Below are positions 58,491 to 64,000 of a stretch of 64,000 bases of DNA, one piece after another. How positions within the stretch are numbered: position 1 is the stretch's first letter; every line of letters starts with the position of its first letter. The notes beneath the pieces are model-generated. The model worked only from the letters and a program-made list of their open reading frames with translations. It did not search any database and had not been told where the DNA came from. Source of the DNA: Promethearchaeota archaeon (GTDB lineage: Archaea; Asgardarchaeota; Lokiarchaeia; Sigyniarchaeales; SOKP01); assembly GCA_048940925.1 (NCBI GenBank), contig JBHLOC010000001.1, positions 32,001 through 96,000 on the forward strand, in the 5' to 3' direction. Position numbers and translations under genes: made by a program.

Positions 58491-59322
58491 TCCTTATATA
58501 CCATATCTTACTACAATTAAATCGATAGTATCAGAAAACAAAGTTAATGATATTAAAACTATCGAGTTAGAGTTTAAAAAAGAAGAAGAATATAAGCAAT
58601 TTAAATATGTACCAGGACAATTTGCCGAAATTAGTCTAATAGGAAAAGGAGAATGTCCTATAGGAATTGCTTCATCTCCTACAGAGGAAGGTACTATAAA
58701 GTTTACCATAAAAAAGATGGGAACGGTTACCACCGCGTTTCACAATGGTGAAATTGGTGATATTGTTGGAATTAGAGGTCCCTGTGGGAATGGTTGGCCT
58801 GTTGAAGAGATGAAGGGTAAGAATATTGTTGTAATTGGTGGGGGTTTTGCATTTTCTACCTTACGTTCCTTGGTATTATATTTACTTGATGAGAAACATA
58901 GAAAGGATTATGGTGATATAACTGTAATCTACGGAAACCGTGATCCAGGCGAGGTATTGTATAAAGATGTGTTGGAAGAATGGAAAAAACGAGATGATAT
59001 TAAAGTGGTATTAACTATAGATCGTGAAGCGGAGGGATGGACAGAAAAAGTAGGATTTGTTGCACCAATTGTCAAAGAAGTAGCACCAAGTGCCGATAAT
59101 GGCATCGCAGTTGTCTGTGGACCACCAATAATGATTAAAACTACTATTGATGTTTTAGAAGAACTAAACTGGAAAGATGACCAAATTTTAAACTCTTTAG
59201 AGATGCGAATGAAGTGTGGAATTGGTAAATGTGGAAGATGTAATATCGGAAATAAATTTGTTTGCGTTGATGGTCCCGTTTTTTCTCTTGCCGAACTTAA
59301 GGAATTACCAGATGAATATTAA
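58483..59322 (+). CDS. FlxA/AsrB-like FAD/NAD(P)-binding [2Fe-2S] subunit
   Basis: PGQF, RGP.GNGWP, IGGG, CGPPIM and MKCGIGKCGRCNIG...C.DGPVF. Confidence 0.88.
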   Translation: MPNPYIPYLTTIKSIVSENKVNDIKTIELEFKKEEEYKQFKYVPGQFAEISLIGKGECPIGIASSPTEEGTIKFTIKKMGTVTTAFHNGEIGDIVGIRGPCGNGWPVEEMKGKNIVVIGGGFAFSTLRSLVLYLLDEKHRKDYGDITVIYGNRDPGEVLYKDVLEEWKKRDDIKVVLTIDREAEGWTEKVGFVAPIVKEVAPSADNGIAVVCGPPIMIKTTIDVLEELNWKDDQILNSLEMRMKCGIGKCGRCNIGNKFVCVDGPVFSLAELKELPDEY

Positions 59323-59368
59323 ATTAAAAATGTTTTTGTTAATAAAATAAAAAAATAGGTGAAAAGTA

Positions 59369-60490
59369 TTGGCTAAAAGTGAAATCTCAAAAAGTTTTGA
59401 GGATTTAATTAAAGAAGTTCATGAGCCTGGACTATGTGGAGAATGTGGGGGATGTGTCAGTTTTTGTTCAGCAGGAGACATAAAAGCTATTGAAATGTCA
59501 GAATCGGGACCTCCTAAGTATGTTAACGAGGAAAGATGTCTTAAATGCGGTATATGTTATTTTGTATGTCCTCAAACCCACATTTTAAATGATCAATTAA
59601 ATAAAAAATTCAAATATGAACCTCCTATTGGGAATCAAATTAAAATTACTTCTTGCAAGGCTACTTCTGAAGAAATTAGAACCAAAGCGACAGATGGTGG
59701 TGTTGTTACTGCTATCTTAAGTTATCTATTAGACAATAAATTAATAGACGGAGCAATTGTGTGTAAGAGAAAGGGTCCTTTTAATCGAATTCCTTTTTTT
59801 GCGACAACCAATGAAGAATTAATAGAAGCCGCGGGTTCTCATTATGATTTTTCGAGCCAAGTAGTTGGATTAGAAAAGTATAGTACTTTTATTCCTACAA
59901 ATATTACTTTAAAAAAAATTATGGGCCCAGACTTATTAAACATAGCTGTGGTTGGAACCCCTTGTCAAATAAACTCAATAAGAAAGATGCAAGAGTTAAG
60001 AATTCTACCGGCTCATATTGTAAAATATACATTAGGACTATTCTGTTATCTTAACTTTTCATTTAATGATGAAGACAGGAAAAAATTGGAGAATAAGTTC
60101 AACTTTACCTTTGAAAATGTAGAAAGTATGAACATTCGAGAAGATCTTATCTTATATTTCAAAAATGGAGATACATTACATATTGATTTTAGAGATTTAA
60201 AAGAAATAGGTCGTCCTGCTTGTTTCGCATGCCCCGATTTTTCAAATATATATGCGGATATTTCTTTTGGGGGGCTTGGATCCGAAGAAAAACTCACAAC
60301 AACAATAATTCGTACCAAAATAGGAGAAAAAATCTATAAAAACGCCTTAAATAAAAGTTATATTCAAGAACCAACTGAATCTAACACATCAGCCAAAAAA
60401 TCAGAAATGTTAGAAAAAGTAAAGGTTTTTAGCAAAAGGAAAATTGAAAGGGCAGAAAAAACGCTCCAAAATAAAAACTTGCAAATATAA
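59369..60490 (+). CDS. second FrhB/FpoF-like F420-binding subunit
   Basis: CGECGGC...C, CLKCGIC..VCP, TDGGVVT, GTPCQ, GLFC and CFAC.DF....ADISFG. Confidence 0.88.
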   Translation: MAKSEISKSFEDLIKEVHEPGLCGECGGCVSFCSAGDIKAIEMSESGPPKYVNEERCLKCGICYFVCPQTHILNDQLNKKFKYEPPIGNQIKITSCKATSEEIRTKATDGGVVTAILSYLLDNKLIDGAIVCKRKGPFNRIPFFATTNEELIEAAGSHYDFSSQVVGLEKYSTFIPTNITLKKIMGPDLLNIAVVGTPCQINSIRKMQELRILPAHIVKYTLGLFCYLNFSFNDEDRKKLENKFNFTFENVESMNIREDLILYFKNGDTLHIDFRDLKEIGRPACFACPDFSNIYADISFGGLGSEEKLTTTIIRTKIGEKIYKNALNKSYIQEPTESNTSAKKSEMLEKVKVFSKRKIERAEKTLQNKNLQI

Positions 60491-60844
60491 AAATCGATAG
60501 TTTGTTTAATTATTATCCTTATTTTCTTTTTCTATATTGTAAGTCTCAGCTAAATGCAACATTAAAAAGTTTACTGTTACTAAATATAATGGAATTAACG
60601 ACAGTTCTACGAAGATTGATATTATAAATGGAAATTGAGGACTGATAAAATGCCAGATCATTCCTCTCATCATCGGACAAATTGCCCTCCCTAGAAAAGC
60701 AAAAGAATCACCTACCCCAAAAATCTTCTCCTATGTTCGGTAGAAATTCTACTATGTAAATTTTGGAATACTAAATCTGCTGACATCCCAAGTGCATAGT
60801 CGGCTAAGAATAAAAGTGAAAAAATTAGAAATAACGACTAAATC

Positions 60845-61819
60845 TTAAATATCAAAGATGTTTCCCGTGTTATATATTGTTTCGTCCAATTCGAGATGAA
60901 TTTGACCTCCTGAAGCAATTTCTATCGCGTAATTAATCCCTTCTAATACTCTATTCATCATAAATTCATATGCTCTAAAACAATCTTCAAGTTGAGTCAT
61001 ATTTTCCTCGGCATAGCAGTTTGATATTGCTGGTATTAATTCAGGAATGAAATCTTGGTTAATCATCATTTCTTCCGCATCAATCATCATTTCTTTTCCT
61101 ATAGTAAACGGATTATACACATCCATTTTTGCGAACATTATTCTACACACAAATAAAGAAGCTTTAATTTCCTTCATAATAAACTTAATTCTATTTTTAT
61201 CATCTAAAAATTTCTTAAATGTTAAAGCATTGACGATATCTTCATTAGTAATAGTGTTTGAAGTATCCATCAATTTACTAACTCTTTCTGACATTCTTTT
61301 TGAAGATAACATTAATTTGAGATTCATTTTATTTTTGCTATGATAATCCTTATAAAAAGCAGAAAGAAAAGTATGAATCCCTAGATCTTTTTGGTTTTTT
61401 GTGAGATCCAATTTATAATTTTTTTTCTTGAAATTATCCATAAAATTCTTTATGATTAAAAACTTTAGCTTTAATCGATGAAGTGCAAAAAATAAACATA
61501 ATCTTGTCTTGGTATATGCTTCAACATTACCCCTTCTAAATCTATCATGATGATCTCTTTCATACATAACGACAGGTTTTAACTTATTTACCAAAACATC
61601 CATAAAATATTCAATAATACGTTCGAGGGGTTCACATTCGATAACCCGAAACTTTTCTATAAGTTTTTGACTTGTTGGCTGACTTGGGGGTAACTCTTTA
61701 ATTTCATCATAGTTATAATACTCTAAAAATAAAGAGGTTAGTGCCTCCATTTCCAAAACAGTTCTACACGGAATAAATACCTTATTTAAATCATATAAAA
61801 TAGTCCCACTTTCGGGCAT
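60845..61819 (-). CDS. hypothetical protein (helical, Met-rich)
   Basis: 324-aa ORF with AGGAGGT RBS upstream; no recognised motif. Confidence 0.8.
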   Translation of the reverse strand: MPESGTILYDLNKVFIPCRTVLEMEALTSLFLEYYNYDEIKELPPSQPTSQKLIEKFRVIECEPLERIIEYFMDVLVNKLKPVVMYERDHHDRFRRGNVEAYTKTRLCLFFALHRLKLKFLIIKNFMDNFKKKNYKLDLTKNQKDLGIHTFLSAFYKDYHSKNKMNLKLMLSSKRMSERVSKLMDTSNTITNEDIVNALTFKKFLDDKNRIKFIMKEIKASLFVCRIMFAKMDVYNPFTIGKEMMIDAEEMMINQDFIPELIPAISNCYAEENMTQLEDCFRAYEFMMNRVLEGINYAIEIASGGQIHLELDETIYNTGNIFDI

Positions 61820-62014
61820 TCATTTTTACCTCCTTTTTTCTGTCTACAATGATTTGGAAATTAAAATCACGCTGAATTCAAAAATTTTTAACTTTTTCTA
61901 TGAAAACAAATATCCAATCATGTATAACAGTATTTACTATATAAAATGAAAAAATTCTATAATATAAATGAGTGATATATAATTTTTATTTTATCGATTT
62001 AGATGCTTTTTTGC

Positions 62015-62170
62015 TTAATTATTAACTTCAAATTGATGATTTTGTCTTTTAATTTCAATAGTACCTTTTATTCTTTCTTTTTCTAGATATTTTTCCTGAA
62101 AATGTGCATTTCTGTAACTGCGAAGATAGTCCCATACCTCTCGTTTCATTTCTATTTTTTCATCTTTCAT
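62015..62170 (-). CDS. possible 51-aa hypothetical protein
   Basis: Own translation MKDEKIEMKREVWDYLRSYRNAHFQEKYLEKERIKGTIEIKRQNHQFEVNN*; below the ORF-track cutoff. Confidence 0.35.
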   Translation of the reverse strand: MKDEKIEMKREVWDYLRSYRNAHFQEKYLEKERIKGTIEIKRQNHQFEVNN

Positions 62171-62398
62171 TTTATATAATTACATTTTACTCTATACTTA
62201 TATGAATAAAAAATGAATATGCAATTATTAATTACTTTTATAGGCCAATTTTTAAAAATATGGACTCCAGATATCTTTACTCTAGAATCTTAAAATTTTA
62301 TTTTGTGTATATCTCTACTATTGAAATTATTCTCAATTATTGGACTCTTAAAAGAATTAATTTAACATTTTTTTAATTCTATTTAGGAAAGAATAATT

Positions 62399-62692
62399 TT
62401 GAAGGCTATACAAATGAGTGAAACAATAGTTCTGCATTATAATGAGTTTATTCAATCGAGGAAATTAAAATTAGTTGATATACTAATGAGTGAAATTATA
62501 TTTTTAAAATCAAATTTTAAGAAAGCTAAAACCAAGGATGATTTAGATCATCTTGAATATGCATTAGAAAAATTAGAAGAAATTTTGAATAAATTAAAGC
62601 ATTATGGCTCTAATATGAAAGAAAAAGAGTTTGATGAGATCTTAATGGTCATATATCGTCTCTTTAAAGATATTAGCATGAATTTAGATTAA
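62399..62692 (+). CDS. small helical hypothetical protein
   Basis: 97-aa ORF, co-oriented with the next gene. Confidence 0.6.
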   Translation: MKAIQMSETIVLHYNEFIQSRKLKLVDILMSEIIFLKSNFKKAKTKDDLDHLEYALEKLEEILNKLKHYGSNMKEKEFDEILMVIYRLFKDISMNLD

Positions 62693-62715
62693 ATAATTTT
62701 AAGTAGGAGAATAAT

Positions 62716-63141
62716 ATGATGTGTTCTATTTTCTCATTGGGAAAAACGGTTCAGGATATCACAAGAGAGATATTAAATATATTGGATCAATATGACTTTC
62801 CAGATTTTCCTTTTGTTATTAAAGGATATGAAAATCTACTGCTTTCTGAAGTGAATCACTTAAAATCAGACATTCTTTCTTTGAAAAATCTGATTGAATT
62901 ATGGTATGGAAACAGAATAATGGAAAAATGGGAGATGAAAGATACTAAACAATCTCTACAAATTTTACATAATTTAAACTCCGTTAAATTGGAAGATATA
63001 AGTCTTTGTAGCATATTAGAAGAAAAAATAATAGATTCAAAAGATTATGAAAGAATGATGATTTCTTATATCCTTAAATTAAACAAAATAAAAACCAGTT
63101 TGTCAAATTGGATGTGGTACTTGTTTATCCATGATTCTTAG
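62716..63141 (+). CDS. hypothetical protein
   Basis: 141-aa ORF with AGGAG RBS. Confidence 0.65.
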   Translation: MMCSIFSLGKTVQDITREILNILDQYDFPDFPFVIKGYENLLLSEVNHLKSDILSLKNLIELWYGNRIMEKWEMKDTKQSLQILHNLNSVKLEDISLCSILEEKIIDSKDYERMMISYILKLNKIKTSLSNWMWYLFIHDS

Positions 63142-63639
63142 TGTTGTTAAAATATTTATTACCGATAGAGAAACAGTTTTATTTCTACTTTATATTAGAA
63201 AATTTAGAATTCAATCATTAACCCATACTCTTAAATAATTGAGTCATTAACTGACATACTAATGCTAATTGAGTAATATATTCTTCCCGTAATAATCTTA
63301 TACTATTGTTTTTAATCTTATAGAGAATATTCTCTAAAATCTGCATGGTTTTTAATAAATTTTGAAGTTATTGCTGTGATCTTGGTCGATCGTGTTCTTA
63401 GATAGGATGTTGATCCATATCAACAACATTTTTACAGTCTTGAATTAATGTCATCGATACTACTAAGTTCCATTTTATGTTCCGATAAAAATCCTATTAC
63501 TAGTTAACAAAAATGTAGGGTGTAGATATTTAAATAAAAAATGAGTGCTGATTTTTCTTTTTAATATTAATAGATGATTGTGATAACCTCTCAAAACAGA
63601 AACCACAATTTTCTTACATTTACTACTTAATAAACGCAA

Positions 63640-63680
63640 TAAAAAAATAATCAATAAAAAAAAGGGGTAAATAAAAAAAC
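63640..63680 (-). terminator. oligo-T terminator region of the actin gene
   Basis: Several T7-T8 runs on the minus strand just after the actin stop. Confidence 0.5.
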
Positions 63681-63699
63681 TTTAATATTATTTGCTGAA

Positions 63700-63999
63700 C
63701 TAAAAGCAGCGGTGAATTACTTGAGGGCCCATCTCTTTATACTCTCTTCTCGTGACCCACATCCTATGAAAGGTTTTAAGTGAACTTAAAATAGAACCAC
63801 CAATCCAGACAGAATACATACGTTCAGGAGGGGCAATAATTTTCACGTCAACACTCTCAGGAATTTGCTCTTTTATCTCTTTAGTAAGTCGTTCTTTTAT
63901 ACCAGGAAACATAGTGCTTCCGCCTGATAGAACGATGTTGCTATAAAGATCTCTGCGGAGATCTACATCACACTCGGAAATAGAACCAACAATTACATC
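63700..63999 (-). CDS. actin (Lokiactin-type), C-terminal ~99 aa; 5' end outside window
   Basis: [69 protein letters not shown]: closely matches the eukaryotic actin C-terminus. Confidence 0.96.
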   Translation of the reverse strand, partial: DVIVGSISECDVDLRRDLYSNIVLSGGSTMFPGIKERLTKEIKEQIPESVDVKIIAPPERMYSVWIGGSILSSLKTFHRMWVTRREYKEMGPQVIHRCF

Positions 64000-64000
64000 G

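Noticed and set aside
60560-60840. Slightly GC-richer intergenic stretch as ncRNA, tRNA or gene remnant
   Set aside because: No cloverleaf, convincing stem or coherent ORF could be identified by eye.
2435-61343. Numerous short ORFs antisense to or nested in long genes (e.g. 2435-2776, 23372-23785, 26237-26662, 48601-48954, 61047-61343)
   Set aside because: Shadow ORFs of well-supported genes, with no motifs of their own.

Overview
AT-rich archaeal chromosomal DNA, almost certainly from an Asgard archaeon (Lokiarchaeia). Evidence is archaeal informational genes (uL13/uS9, EF-1beta, Sm/Lsm, RIO2, Clp1) together with eukaryotic-signature proteins: an actin cut by the right edge, a Rab-like GTPase and a gelsolin-like domain. 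Housekeeping and metabolic content includes aroA/aroC, mutS/mutL, a POR-family operon split by two PAS histidine kinases, iorAB, lpdA and an orphan adenine methyltransferase. A 14-kb operon reads hdrCB-frhB-hdrA'A''-mvhD-hdrA-mvhD-flxCBA-frhB. The best candidates for undescribed biology are: (1) a circularly permuted ATP-grasp ligase tightly coupled to an M14-type peptidase, a possible writer/eraser pair; (2) a gelsolin-like domain fused to four TM helices, a possible membrane anchor for actin; (3) the hybrid Hdr-Flx-FrhB complex, which has four HdrA flavin modules and no hydrogenase; (4) ten GATC sites in 237 bp upstream of that operon; (5) a twice-repeated ~95-bp non-coding element whose core is complementary to a neighbouring ribosome-binding site. 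No rRNA, tRNA, CRISPR array or transposase was recognised. All calls come from motif recognition by eye; no database searches were run.
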